64,000 bases of DNA from an uncultured Verrucomicrobiae bacterium (GTDB lineage: Bacteria; Verrucomicrobiota; Verrucomicrobiia; Chthoniobacterales; UBA10450). How positions within the stretch are numbered: the first letter of the stretch is position 1; every line of letters starts with the position of its first letter. Shown in pieces: positions 20,900-30,843 of the stretch. The position numbers were made by a program, and so were the translations under genes. A model generated the notes under the pieces. That model did not search any database. It was given only the letters and a program-made list of their open reading frames with translations, and had not been told where the DNA came from. The stretch covers positions 896,001 through 960,000 of the forward strand of contig CAVWPA010000003.1 of assembly GCA_963756875.1 (NCBI GenBank), written 5' to 3'.

Positions 20900-22153
20900 C
20901 TAAACGGTTCGGACGAACCTGGCGGCAAATGCGCCGTCAAAATGGTCCCGAAACGGCAGCGAACGGCTCTGCTTTTCCAGACGGAACGCCGGCGCATTGG
21001 TTAGAACGCACTGGACGACCTCTTCATTCTCCTCCGGCTCCAGGCTGCACGTGCTGTAGACCAGCGTCCCTCCCGGCCTCAGCAGGTCGCTGACTGCCCG
21101 GACAATTCCAATCTGTCGTTTTTGCATCCGGACGAAGTCCGCGGGGCGCAGACGCCAGCGCACATCTACACGGCGTCTCATCACGCCCGTGTTGCTGCAC
21201 GGCGCGTCGACCAAGATGCGGTCAAACGGCGCAGCGGATCTGATTTCTTTTGGAATCGGACCGCGAGCCCAGTCGATGAATACGACACGCCCGACCACGA
21301 TCCCAAGCCGTCTAAGATTTTCATCGAGCAGTTTTACGCGAGCCCGATCGCGGTCGCAGGCGATAATGGTCCCACGATTTTTCATCAGTTCCGCCAGATA
21401 CGCTGTCTTTCCACCGGGTGCGGCGCAGGCATCGAGAACCGTTTCGCCAGGATGTGGGTCCGTCAGTTCGCAGGCAATGGTCGTGCTGAGGTCTTGAATG
21501 TAACACTCCCCATGCTCGATTAGTTCGCGTTTAAATGGATCCAGCTCAACAAACCGTGGATGGTCCGCGACCGGATGAGCGGTTGCATGCGCGCGAAGAA
21601 ATTGCTCACGATCCACTTTTAGCCCGTTAATGCGCGCATAGATCGGCGGTGGCCGATTATTCCACTGGCACAAAGCTTCCGTGTTTGTTTCGCCAAAAAC
21701 CTTTTGCCAGCGCGTTACCAAAAACATTGGATGCGACGTCCGAGTATGTAGCGGCTGCGCTTGCGCCTGCTCGAGCAGTTCGTTCTTGCGACGCAAGCCA
21801 GTGCGCAAGATCCCGTTTATTAAAGAGCGATGTTTTTTCTGCGCCAGCTCGACGGTCTCGAACACAGCCGCATGTTCCGCCGTTTCCAGAATAAAAAGTT
21901 GATAGAACCCGAGCCGAAGAATATCCCGAAGATCGGCGTTCAGACGTGCCTGGCGAAGATGGCCGATCCAGAAATCGAGCAGAGTCCGATTACGTAAAAC
22001 CCCATAGAATAACTCCAGAGCGAATGCATGGTCGACGGCGCTCAATTTGGTGGCCAGCGGCAGCTCGGCCATGATCGAATCCGCGAAGCGCCTTTCGGCT
22101 GCCCAGGCCCTAAGGGCGGCTAGCGCGGCTCGACGAGCGGAAAACTGCGCCAC
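20900..22153 (-). CDS. rsmB: 16S rRNA m5C967 methyltransferase
   Basis: NusB-like N-terminus, [19 protein letters not shown] and YSTCS. Confidence 0.93.
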   Translation of the reverse strand: MAQFSARRAALAALRAWAAERRFADSIMAELPLATKLSAVDHAFALELFYGVLRNRTLLDFWIGHLRQARLNADLRDILRLGFYQLFILETAEHAAVFETVELAQKKHRSLINGILRTGLRRKNELLEQAQAQPLHTRTSHPMFLVTRWQKVFGETNTEALCQWNNRPPPIYARINGLKVDREQFLRAHATAHPVADHPRFVELDPFKRELIEHGECYIQDLSTTIACELTDPHPGETVLDACAAPGGKTAYLAELMKNRGTIIACDRDRARVKLLDENLRRLGIVVGRVVFIDWARGPIPKEIRSAAPFDRILVDAPCSNTGVMRRRVDVRWRLRPADFVRMQKRQIGIVRAVSDLLRPGGTLVYSTCSLEPEENEEVVQCVLTNAPAFRLEKQSRSLPFRDHFDGAFAARFVRTV

Positions 22154-22159
22154 AATATT

Positions 22160-23474
22160 TTAGTGCGGCGTTACGCTTCGGCGACCGATCGAGTAGTAGT
22201 GAAACCCAAGTTGGCCCATGGTCTCGGCATTAAACAGGTTTCGGCCGTCAAAAACGATCGGCGTTGTCATCTTCTGCTTCACAACGGCAAGATCGACATG
22301 GGCAAATTCGCTCCATTCCGTGGCAATGACGAGCGCCTCGGCGCCTTCCACTGCTTCGAGCGCCGACGTCGCAAAGCTCGGCGCCAGCTATCGCCTGGAT
22401 TTCTCGCGCTTTTTCCATTCCTTTTGGATCGTAGGCAACAACGTGCGCTCCTTCCCGGAGCATCTCGGTCACCAAATCGACAGCGACGGAGGAACGAATG
22501 TCGTCTGTGTCCGGTTTGAACGCCAAACCCCACACCGCGATCTTTTTTTCGCGCAACACCCAGAGGGTCTCCCGGATTGCCTTTAGGAAGCGCTGCTTCT
22601 GTATCGCGTTGATTCGCTGGACCTCCTTCAACAAATTAAACGGCACGCCCAGTTGCTCGCTGATTGCAATGAAAGCGGCGACATCCTTCGGGAAACACGA
22701 GCCGCCGTAGCCGATTCCGGCGTTGAGAAATTGACGGCCGATCCGGCGATCCATCCCGATTCCGTCCGCTACTTTCTCGACGTCCGCTCCGCTCGCTTCG
22801 CAAACCGCGGAGATGGCATTGATGTAGGAAATTTTCAGGGCCAAAAATGAGTTGGCGGCGTGTTTGATGAGCTCGGCACTGTTGATGTCGGTCACGAGAA
22901 TGGGAGCCATAAACGGTTCGTAAACCTTCTTCATCAAATCGACGGCGTGTTCGCTTTGCGCGCCGATGACGATCCGATCCGGATGCATCAAATCGCCGAC
23001 CGCGCAGCCTTCGCGCAAGAATTCCGGATTGCTCACGACATCGAACTTTGCGCCGTGGCGGTTGTAACGCTTGATCGACTCTGCAACCTTTTCTCCGGTT
23101 TTCACCGGCACGGTGCTTTTATCAACAATGACGCGATAGTCTTTGAGAACGCCGGCGATCTCTCTGGAAACCTTTTCGATAAAACTCAGGTCAACATCGC
23201 CATTCGGCTGTTGCGGAGTAGGCACCGCGATAAACACGATCTGAGAATTGTCGACTCCTTCCCGAATGCTGCCACTAAACCGGAGACGATGAGCTGAAAC
23301 GTTGCGATGAATCACGTCTTCCAGGCCCGGCTCGTAAATGGGAACACGGCCAGCCTGGAGCGCCTCTATTTTCCGCGGGTCGTTGTCGACGCAAATAACG
23401 TTGTGGCCGACGTCGGCAAAACATGCGCCGGTAACGAGACCGACGTAACCCGAACCAATAATTGAGATATCCAT
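22160..23474 (-). CDS. ugd: UDP-glucose 6-dehydrogenase, apparent frameshift near 22374
   Basis: GSGYVG, KSTVPV, NPEFLREG, GGSCFPKD and AFKPDTDD. The C-terminus (ATEW, FDGRN) is in frame 22160..22351; deleting one base of AAA 22373-5 rejoins the frames. Confidence 0.93.
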
Positions 23475-23564
23475 GCTAGGTGGAACAGAAACACAGCGAT
23501 TAGTCGCTGCCAAATGGCCGCTGGCCCCTGCCGGCAAGATCCGTGGTCATGCTCGCATACCAGT

Positions 23565-25811
23565 TCATTGGTTTTGGCCAGCGCCTCCGGGATCGAAGTT
23601 GAAGTCGAACCCAAACTTTGGAAACGCTTTTAGCGTAAACGTAAGTAGCACGCCGTATTCCCTTACTCCGGCATTATCCCGCACTATCGCGCCGAACGAG
23701 GCGACCCAGTTCGTGAGGTCACGATAAACGGCGTAACGCTGTTGTTCCAAAGTGCCGGTCTCCGCTTCGTATTGCTCCTGAAAACCAACGCCCCAATTGT
23801 CGTCGAGGCGGTAATACCCGCCGACTACGAACAAACTGCTGTTTTGAAAAAATGGATTGTTGTTCAGGTAACGATGTCCAAGGCTGACCTGGAGACTTGA
23901 AACCGGCTGGAAGGCCAGGCTGGTGTTGACGGCCGTAAAACCTCTATCAAAGGCGGGAATCTGCGAATTGATTGCCAGCGTGGCCCAGGGCACCGGCGTA
24001 AAGCGAAGATTATTAAAAAGGTTTGAATAGAGAGTGCGGTCGTACGGGTTGTAGAAGTTTACGTCGCAAAACGTGTCGAGCTCGAGCCAGGTGACCGTCA
24101 CGTCGTCACGCCGGGTCTCCAGGCGGTTGCGGACACCGACACGCCAGATGGTCGAGCTGGCAATGGAGTCGGTGGATGTAAACTGGGGAAAATCGATTGG
24201 TGGCAGCTGCGTTGATGGCACGAAACGATCGAACTCAAGGACCGCTGCAGGGTCTATCCCGTTCTCCTTCACGTAGGAAAAGTTCATGAATGGCTGGATA
24301 ACGTGGAGAAGCCCGTCCAAACCAAGTTCGCGGCTTTGCACGTCTTCCCACTTGCGAGAAATCTTGAAGGAAGCTTCGACGCCGGTATTGAAAACAGTCC
24401 GGAGCCCGTTTCCGCCACTGACGATGGGGTTGGCCAGCGTGGGATCCGGCAGGATAAAATCGGGAATGAGTGGATCGGTTTGAGGCGCAAACAGCGTCTT
24501 CCCCAGATCGCGCGTATCATCGTAATAGGTCGCTCGGAACCCGGCACGCGGAACAATCGAAAGCCAGCCAAAATAAGTCTTTGGATAGAGGATTTGATGA
24601 AAGCTATCGAGTCGGAGTGCGCTGTAATCTTCAAAGCCCGAGCCTTCGGCGAAGCTGCGGTGGAGATTGGCAACCCCGCTTTCGCCTTCGTAAAAGATTG
24701 GGGTGCCGAAAAGTGGCTGCCGTTTGACATCGAGCACCACTTCCGGCAAGCGCTCGGTTTGCTGAAAAAATTCATTGGCCTGAAACCGCGCGATCGCGGT
24801 GAGAGTGTAAGCAGGATCGGTCTTCGTTAGCGCCACCACATTATCCGGCACCGGATTGATCCGAAACTCGTTTTGATAGAAGTCCTGCATCACATATCGG
24901 TCGCTCAGCTTCGTGACGTCTACGATCCCGTAAATATCGTCTGTAAAGTTCGTGCGATCTTCCAAACTGACACGATAGCGGCCGGCCCCGACATCCTTAC
25001 GCGGCACGGAGGTCTGATTGATCTCTGAGTTCTGGTCCTGAATGTAGTACGTCTTGAGCTTCGCGTTGCTCGAATTGTCTTTCCCGTAGTCGATATCGGA
25101 TTCAAAACCAATGGCCAGCCCGCGGCGTCCGCGGTAGTCCAATCGAAGCCGCCCTTTTATATCATCCGTTATGGGGAAGGTAACCTCGGTCAGCAGCGTA
25201 GGTCCCCATGAACTGAGGTAGGCCGGCGAGACTGTGAAGTTAAAGGCGTCGTTGAGTGACTGATAAAGATATGGCCACCAGAAGACAGGTACGTCTCCGA
25301 TGTAAAAGGTGACGTCACGAAAAACCACGTGATCGTCTTCATAAACACGCACCGTTCGCGCGTGGAGATGAAAATCGGGGCTTGGCGAATCATCCGTCGT
25401 GAATGTTGCATTTTCTACCCGGTAGCTGTTCTGCGAAATTTGGGTCACGTTCTTGCCACTCAAGAAGTAGGGATTGTATTCAGTCCGCATATTGCTCGTG
25501 CGAACCTCCTTCGTATCGATGTTATAAACACCGTGAGCTGCAAGATAGAGGCTGGTACCACGATAGATTCGGACGTTGCCGTCCGCTGTAATCTCGTGCG
25601 TGCGCGAATTGTATTGAGCAGAATCGGCATAAATATCGGTGTCGCCGACATGAATGGCCACGTTGTCCCGTGCAGTGGCCAGCCCGTTTTGATAGGTCGT
25701 TTCGCCGCTTGAGGTGATCTCTACCGGTTCGTTTTCGGGCGTCTTGGGGGCTGCATCAGCCATGGCAACCCCCAACACGGAGATAAAAATCAGCCAAACC
25801 GGCGTTCGCAT
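23565..25811 (-). CDS. lptD: LPS assembly protein LptD
   Basis: Signal peptide, OstA-like beta-jellyroll (ADGNV, FTT, VPVFWWPY), then a long beta-barrel (SD..V..DF, RLPEV). Confidence 0.88.
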   Translation of the reverse strand: MRTPVWLIFISVLGVAMADAAPKTPENEPVEITSSGETTYQNGLATARDNVAIHVGDTDIYADSAQYNSRTHEITADGNVRIYRGTSLYLAAHGVYNIDTKEVRTSNMRTEYNPYFLSGKNVTQISQNSYRVENATFTTDDSPSPDFHLHARTVRVYEDDHVVFRDVTFYIGDVPVFWWPYLYQSLNDAFNFTVSPAYLSSWGPTLLTEVTFPITDDIKGRLRLDYRGRRGLAIGFESDIDYGKDNSSNAKLKTYYIQDQNSEINQTSVPRKDVGAGRYRVSLEDRTNFTDDIYGIVDVTKLSDRYVMQDFYQNEFRINPVPDNVVALTKTDPAYTLTAIARFQANEFFQQTERLPEVVLDVKRQPLFGTPIFYEGESGVANLHRSFAEGSGFEDYSALRLDSFHQILYPKTYFGWLSIVPRAGFRATYYDDTRDLGKTLFAPQTDPLIPDFILPDPTLANPIVSGGNGLRTVFNTGVEASFKISRKWEDVQSRELGLDGLLHVIQPFMNFSYVKENGIDPAAVLEFDRFVPSTQLPPIDFPQFTSTDSIASSTIWRVGVRNRLETRRDDVTVTWLELDTFCDVNFYNPYDRTLYSNLFNNLRFTPVPWATLAINSQIPAFDRGFTAVNTSLAFQPVSSLQVSLGHRYLNNNPFFQNSSLFVVGGYYRLDDNWGVGFQEQYEAETGTLEQQRYAVYRDLTNWVASFGAIVRDNAGVREYGVLLTFTLKAFPKFGFDFNFDPGGAGQNQ

Positions 25812-25878
25812 GGCGGACGCCGAAGGTACCGAACCAGCGCCCCCTTGCAAAGCTAAAAGAAAGCGCATCCTTTTCTCT

Positions 25879-27012
25879 TCAACCTTCCGTCACCGACAGC
25901 TTTAGTCCTGCTGCTTGCTGATTCAAGCCGCAACTTAGAACAATCGCTGTCCGGGCTGATATTTCTGCCGCCAAACCGTTCGGGAAATGCCCGTCAACCT
26001 GTGGGTTAACGTGTAGCAAAGGGGGGACTCGCTTGGTGCGCAGAGCTTGTGCGCCAACGATGACCTGCCAGACCGCGCTTGCTCCAACGCTCTCGCCAAG
26101 CGCCGGCTTTGGCGAATAAAGCACCGCCCCGGGCAATTCTTGCTGCAAAGCGGCGCGCTCAGCGAGATCGACAAAGGTGCCGTTGGCACTCGCAATCACG
26201 ATGCTGGATCCTTGCCCGTCCAGGTTGGAAAGAATCGTCGCCATCAATCTGGCTGCCTCGCGGCGTCGGAAAAAATTCGCGCCGCCGTCAACTGTGTTCA
26301 GCGTTATGGGCCCTTCGCGCGCCAAAAGGATTGCCCCGGCGCCTTCGCTCGGGATCATCCCGCGCGGCGGTTGGCAAAACGGTTCGATCGGTGGCTTCTG
26401 CTTGAGGAGTCGCCATTTTCGATAGGCATCGCAAAGGATCCAATCGGCTTCTTCAGCGCCAACGACGAGGCAATAATCAAGTTCCGGGTCGACCATTAAG
26501 TCTTCCGCCATCTTTATGGCCAGGATGCCGATCGCTCCATCGCCGACCAGAGTATAACTTGCTCCCGCGATGCCCAGGATCGCGGCGAGGTGACTGGCGG
26601 GCGCGTTGAAGACAGTTTCCGGAAAGATCAATGGGCTTGCGGATCGCGCGCCAGACTCGACGACATCGTGATAAAAACGCTTTGTATAAGCGACACCGCC
26701 ATTTGAGATGGCGAAGACCAGCGCCATTCGTTTGGTAATTTCCGCTGAAATCTGCACTCCGGCATCCTCCAGCGCGTCCAGTCCGGCCGCCGCGGCGAAG
26801 CGGGAGATCGCGCCGGCACGGCGCAGGCGTGGATGCGTTGGCAAATCCTTCAGTGCGGCATTGGGCACCCGAAATACCGGATACTCTTTTTTCGATCCGT
26901 TGGAGATCATTTGCGCGCTCGCTTCTTCCCCGCGAAGAAGTCGCTGCCACACTTTGCCGACGCCTCGGCCAAGCGGCGTAACCCAACCCATCCCTGCAAT
27001 CCCCAGGTTCAT
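25879..27012 (-). CDS. Ketosynthase-like protein without the catalytic triad (chain-length-factor-like)
   Basis: KS fold (GMGWVTPLG, FPETVFNAPAS, EGAGA) but Cys region GDGA, first His as NGT and second His as GES. Confidence 0.8.
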   Translation of the reverse strand: MNLGIAGMGWVTPLGRGVGKVWQRLLRGEEASAQMISNGSKKEYPVFRVPNAALKDLPTHPRLRRAGAISRFAAAAGLDALEDAGVQISAEITKRMALVFAISNGGVAYTKRFYHDVVESGARSASPLIFPETVFNAPASHLAAILGIAGASYTLVGDGAIGILAIKMAEDLMVDPELDYCLVVGAEEADWILCDAYRKWRLLKQKPPIEPFCQPPRGMIPSEGAGAILLAREGPITLNTVDGGANFFRRREAARLMATILSNLDGQGSSIVIASANGTFVDLAERAALQQELPGAVLYSPKPALGESVGASAVWQVIVGAQALRTKRVPPLLHVNPQVDGHFPNGLAAEISARTAIVLSCGLNQQAAGLKLSVTEG

Positions 27013-28241
27013 CCGGTGAATTTCCGCATAACAATAGTGGCGTTTGTTCCGCCAAAACCGAAAGAGTTCGAAAGAAGCGTGTCGATCTTCGCGGCGCGTG
27101 CCTCGTTGGCGACCATATGAAGATCGACATCTTCGTCCGGGGCCCGGAAATTAATATTCGCGGGCAGAAATTGGTGTTGCAAAGCAAGCAGACAGATCGC
27201 TGCTTCGATCGCACCCGCCGCGCCCAGTGCGTGGCCCATCATTCCCTTGGTCGAACTAATGGGAACGTGATCGAACAAATCCGCGATTGCCTTGCCCTCC
27301 GCCGCGTCGTTGAACGGCGTGGCGGTGCCGTGCGCGTTGATATAATCGACCGTGTGCGCGGAAATTCCCGCGCTGCGCAGCGCCTGTTCCATCGCCGCAC
27401 GCGGCCCGCTTCCGGAGGGGTTGGGTTGCGTGAGGTGATGATTGTCCGTCGAGATTCCGTAGCCGGTTATTTCGGCCAGAATCGCTGCGCCGCGGGATCG
27501 GGCCGTTTCCAGGTTTTCCAGCGCCAGAACTGCCGCGCCTTCTCCGAGCACCATTCCGCTCCGGTCCCGATCAAAGGGCCGGCATTTTTCCGGAGTTGAG
27601 GCCTGGAGCGAATCGAATCCCACAAAAACCAGCTCGGAAATGGCGTCGTAGCCACCAGTCAAAATGCGTCCATATCTTCCCGAGCGCACACATTCAAAAG
27701 CGTGTCCGATGGCGTTTGTTCCGGAAGCGCACGCGTTGGAGATGATCTGACAAGGGGAAGAGAGTCCAAAGGCCTCCAGCGCATCAACTGCCGGCTTTTG
27801 TGCCAGATAGTTGGCGATCCAGCCTGGCGATTGACGGGAATGAGCATGTTGTTGCAAGGAACGGTAGTAGTTTTCGCCAAAAGACATGCCGCCGCTTGTT
27901 GTGCCGATCACTGCGAGTTCGGGCCTGAACTGCGGGTCCTGTATGAGGGCTTCCTCCAGCGCGCGAATCAACATCCGCGAAACGCGGTGCAGACGTCGCC
28001 TCCTTCGTCCATCCCCAGTGCAGGCGAGGAGCGGATCATCGGGAATCTGGCCGGCCGTCTTGCATCGGCACTGATCCACCGGGAATCGCGTCACTGGTGT
28101 AATGCAATCCTTCGCCGCGCGCAGGGAGTCGAGCGTCTCGGCCAATCCGAAGCCGAGGGGGCTGACAACGCCCGCTGCGACAACGGCAACGCGGCCTGCT
28201 TTTGTTTTTCCGTTTGTCGCGTTAAATATCGGCATTTTCAC
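27009..28241 (-). CDS. Beta-ketoacyl-ACP synthase (FabF-like, intact Cys-His-His)
   Basis: NACASG, RPFD, GEGA, INAHGTAT, GHALGAAG and NSFGFGG. Confidence 0.92.
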   Translation of the reverse strand: MKMPIFNATNGKTKAGRVAVVAAGVVSPLGFGLAETLDSLRAAKDCITPVTRFPVDQCRCKTAGQIPDDPLLACTGDGRRRRRLHRVSRMLIRALEEALIQDPQFRPELAVIGTTSGGMSFGENYYRSLQQHAHSRQSPGWIANYLAQKPAVDALEAFGLSSPCQIISNACASGTNAIGHAFECVRSGRYGRILTGGYDAISELVFVGFDSLQASTPEKCRPFDRDRSGMVLGEGAAVLALENLETARSRGAAILAEITGYGISTDNHHLTQPNPSGSGPRAAMEQALRSAGISAHTVDYINAHGTATPFNDAAEGKAIADLFDHVPISSTKGMMGHALGAAGAIEAAICLLALQHQFLPANINFRAPDEDVDLHMVANEARAAKIDTLLSNSFGFGGTNATIVMRKFTG

Positions 28242-28417
28242 AGCCAGTGGCCTTCGGATTATTGTTGCTTTCTAAAACGAAGCACTTTACTAAGGGGGCC
28301 GAAAGGGGAAAACAGCAGCTCGGAAGTTGGTGGATTGTCAGTTGAGTTTATTCAGTGGCGATTTGAAATCCGATAAGCGGAAACAGTGACCTAGCCGCGT
28401 TTTCCAGAATAGACTCG

Positions 28418-28774
28418 ATGGCTACTAAATTATACGTGGGCAATCTCCCATTCAACACGACCGAGAACGAACTGCAGGAGCTCTTTTCACAAGCGGGCGC
28501 CGTGCAGGAAGTCATGCTGATGCAGGACAAGTTCACGGGCAAATCGCGCGGCTTCGCTTTCGTCACCATGGGCTCCGAACAGGACGCGCAGAACGCGGTT
28601 ACGCAGTTGAACGGCAAAACGATCGAAGGGCGAGCGTTAACCGTCAACGAAGCCCGGCCACGGGAGGCCCGGCCTGGTTATGGCGGCGGCGGCGGCGGTG
28701 GCGGCGGTGGCGGCGGCGGGGGTGGCGGCTACGGCGGCGGCCGCAGAAATGGCGGGCAGCGCCGCGGGCGGTAA
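28418..28774 (+). CDS. RRM RNA-binding protein with a Gly-rich tail
   Basis: KLYVGNL (RNP2), RGFAFV (RNP1), VNEARPRE and poly-Gly. Confidence 0.96.
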   Translation: MATKLYVGNLPFNTTENELQELFSQAGAVQEVMLMQDKFTGKSRGFAFVTMGSEQDAQNAVTQLNGKTIEGRALTVNEARPREARPGYGGGGGGGGGGGGGGGGYGGGRRNGGQRRGR

Positions 28775-28791
28775 TTCGCGCGGCTCACTCG

Positions 28792-28830
28792 AAAAACGCC
28801 TGGATTAAGAGACCAGGCGCCTGTTTTGCT
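28792..28830. terminator. Probable terminator
   Basis: AAAAACGCCTGG...CCAGGCG followed by a T-rich run. Confidence 0.5.
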
Positions 28831-28993
28831 TTGCTCCGTCCATCAAGGCACGGCTGCAGCGGCCTTGCCGTGCGACCATGCCTTTTGAACTACCAGAAAG
28901 GGGCCCCCGAACGAGGCAAGCAGCCCGGAAACGGCGGAAACAGCGCTTCGCACGGCGCATCAAACGCTAGAGCAGGGGATTCGACCAGGGAAG

Positions 28994-29077
28994 TGGGCAG
29001 GGCTGGATTCGAACCAGCGAAGGCGTAAAGCCAGCAGATTTACAGTCTGCCCCGTTTGGCCACTCCGGAACCTACCC
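28994..29077 (-). tRNA. tRNA-Tyr (GTA)
   Basis: GGGTAGG/CCTGCCC acceptor stem, GCAGA-CTGTAAA-TCTGC anticodon arm, long variable arm and GTTCGAATC T-loop; CCA not encoded. Confidence 0.97.
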
Positions 29078-29180
29078 GTTTCTACCCGAAAACTTTCGGG
29101 GTTGATATAACTCGTGCTCTGCACCTCGCAAGTAATTTGCCCGATGCCCGGCGAGGCGAATCCTGAAGCATGTTGCCATT

Positions 29181-30371
29181 CTATCCGTTGAAAAACTGCG
29201 CAATGGCATCCACCACGTAACGCTGCGAGTCGCGAGAGATTTCCGGATAAATTGGCAGCGCAAGCGTTTCTCGCGCCGCTCGTTCGGTTTCCGGCAAATC
29301 GCCGGGTTTGTAACCCAGATAAGCGAAGCATTCCTGTTCGTGCACTCCAAGCGGATAGTAGACCGCCGTCTCGATTTCTTGCTTCGCCAAGTACCGACGC
29401 AATTCGTCGCGACTTGGTGTCCGAACCACAAATTGGTGATAAATATGATGGTTCGTCAGGCCCAGCTTGCGGTAGGGCTCGGCCGGTGCTGTTATCTTTG
29501 CGTTCAGATCGCGCCGTTCGATTTCTGCACGGTAAAAATCGGCTGCAGCGCGTCGCGAGGCCGACCAACCACTTAAATGTGGCAGCTTTACGGTCAGAAT
29601 CGCCGCCTGGATTTCGTCCAACCTGAAGTTGCCGCCGATAAATTGATGATAATAGCGCGGCTCCATTCCGTGTTGCCGGCAAACGCGCAATCGCTTTCCC
29701 AGGTCGTCGTCACGGCAAACAATCAGCCCCGCGTCCCCTGCGGCGCCGAGGTTTTTGGATGGATAAAAACTGAAACATCCCACTTTACCCATTGTTCCGG
29801 CTTTGGAGGGACTCGCGTGCCCGCCGGGATATTCTGCGCCAATCGCCTGAGCAGCGTCTTCAATAATCGTAAGGCCGTACTCCCGAGAGACCTCGCGAAC
29901 GACATCCATCTCGCAGCACAAACCGAAGAGATGGACAGGAACAATCGCGCATATTTTTTGCCCGCTCTTGCTGACCAAGGCCCCATTGGATTTGCGGCAG
30001 CGATTTTCGAGGTAGTCCCTGAGCGCCGTGGGGGAGATGTTGTAGCTGGCTCGATCGATATCGACGAAGAGCGGCGTTGCGCCGACTCGGGCGATGCATC
30101 CCGCAGTAGCAAAGAAGCTGTAGGCGCTTGTGATCACGGCGTCGCCCGGCCCAATTCCGAGAGCCATCAGAACGGCAAGTAGAGCATCGGTCCCGGATGA
30201 GACACCGATGGCGTGAGGCACGCCGCAGTAATCGCTCATCGCCTTTTCAAATGCCTGCACTTTCGGGCCAAGCACGAACCGTTGGCTCGCGAGTACTTCT
30301 TCCACCTGTTCCCGGATTTGCTCCGCGAGACAGCCATATTGCTGGCTCAGATCAAGGAGTGGGACGTGCAT
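29181..30371 (-). CDS. DegT/DnrJ/EryC1/StrS PLP aminotransferase
   Basis: SSGTDAL, PVHLFG, EDAAQA, SFYPSKNLG and NFRLDEIQA. Confidence 0.95.
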   Translation of the reverse strand: MHVPLLDLSQQYGCLAEQIREQVEEVLASQRFVLGPKVQAFEKAMSDYCGVPHAIGVSSGTDALLAVLMALGIGPGDAVITSAYSFFATAGCIARVGATPLFVDIDRASYNISPTALRDYLENRCRKSNGALVSKSGQKICAIVPVHLFGLCCEMDVVREVSREYGLTIIEDAAQAIGAEYPGGHASPSKAGTMGKVGCFSFYPSKNLGAAGDAGLIVCRDDDLGKRLRVCRQHGMEPRYYHQFIGGNFRLDEIQAAILTVKLPHLSGWSASRRAAADFYRAEIERRDLNAKITAPAEPYRKLGLTNHHIYHQFVVRTPSRDELRRYLAKQEIETAVYYPLGVHEQECFAYLGYKPGDLPETERAARETLALPIYPEISRDSQRYVVDAIAQFFNG

Positions 30372-30445
30372 CGCGCGAATAGCTTGGCAGTTTCACCCAG
30401 TGGTTCAATTCGAACTTTGGGTCTGGCCCCATTTCACAGAGATGG

Positions 30446-30583
30446 GGTAGTGTTCGCTGATTGTCGGCCCCCGGGGGAAATACTGCCCTCACCTGGTCCG
30501 GCGGCTGCCGGATCCTCCTCTCCTGAGGGAGAGGACTGAGGTGAGGGCCAGTCACGTGCAACTGACAATCGACCAACAGTACC
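30446..30583. mobile_element. MITE-like element containing nested repeats
   Basis: Ends GGTAGTGTT / AACAGTACC; flanks AGAGATGG / AGAAATGG; interior CCCTCACC...GGTGAGGG hairpin at 30486-30547. Confidence 0.65.
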
Positions 30584-30609
30584 AGAAATGGGGTTCCGAC
30601 AGCATGCGA

Positions 30610-30638
30610 TTGACCGGGGAGTTCGTCTAAGTTAACCT
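30610..30638 (+). promoter_or_regulatory. Sigma70-type promoter (leaderless arrangement)
   Basis: TTGACC-17-TAACCT, with ATG 7 nt downstream. Confidence 0.6.
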
Positions 30639-30645
30639 TCCGGTC

Positions 30646-30822
30646 ATGCGTGTGATCCGCGGGTTGTTTTGGCTCGCTCTCTTCGTTTTTTTCACGTTTT
30701 GCTTCATCGTTCTTTTCGAATATGGAACGGCTGATTTCACGACCGGCTTTCAGAAGGAGTTCGCGCGCGTCAAGTCATTCGTAGTCAAGCAAACGAACAA
30801 CGCGGAGAAGCCGAAAAAATAG
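30646..30822 (+). CDS. 58-aa small membrane protein (absent from the ORF track)
   Basis: MRVIRGLFWLALFVFFTFCFIVLFEYGTADFTTGFQKEFARVKSFVVKQTNNAEKPKK: one TM plus an amphipathic helix, with its own promoter. Confidence 0.75.
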   Translation: MRVIRGLFWLALFVFFTFCFIVLFEYGTADFTTGFQKEFARVKSFVVKQTNNAEKPKK

Positions 30823-30843
30823 CGCTGTCGCTTGGCTTGCGCT

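Noticed and set aside
28682..28740. (GGC)n tract as a contingency locus
   Set aside because: In-frame poly-Gly tail typical of bacterial RRM proteins.
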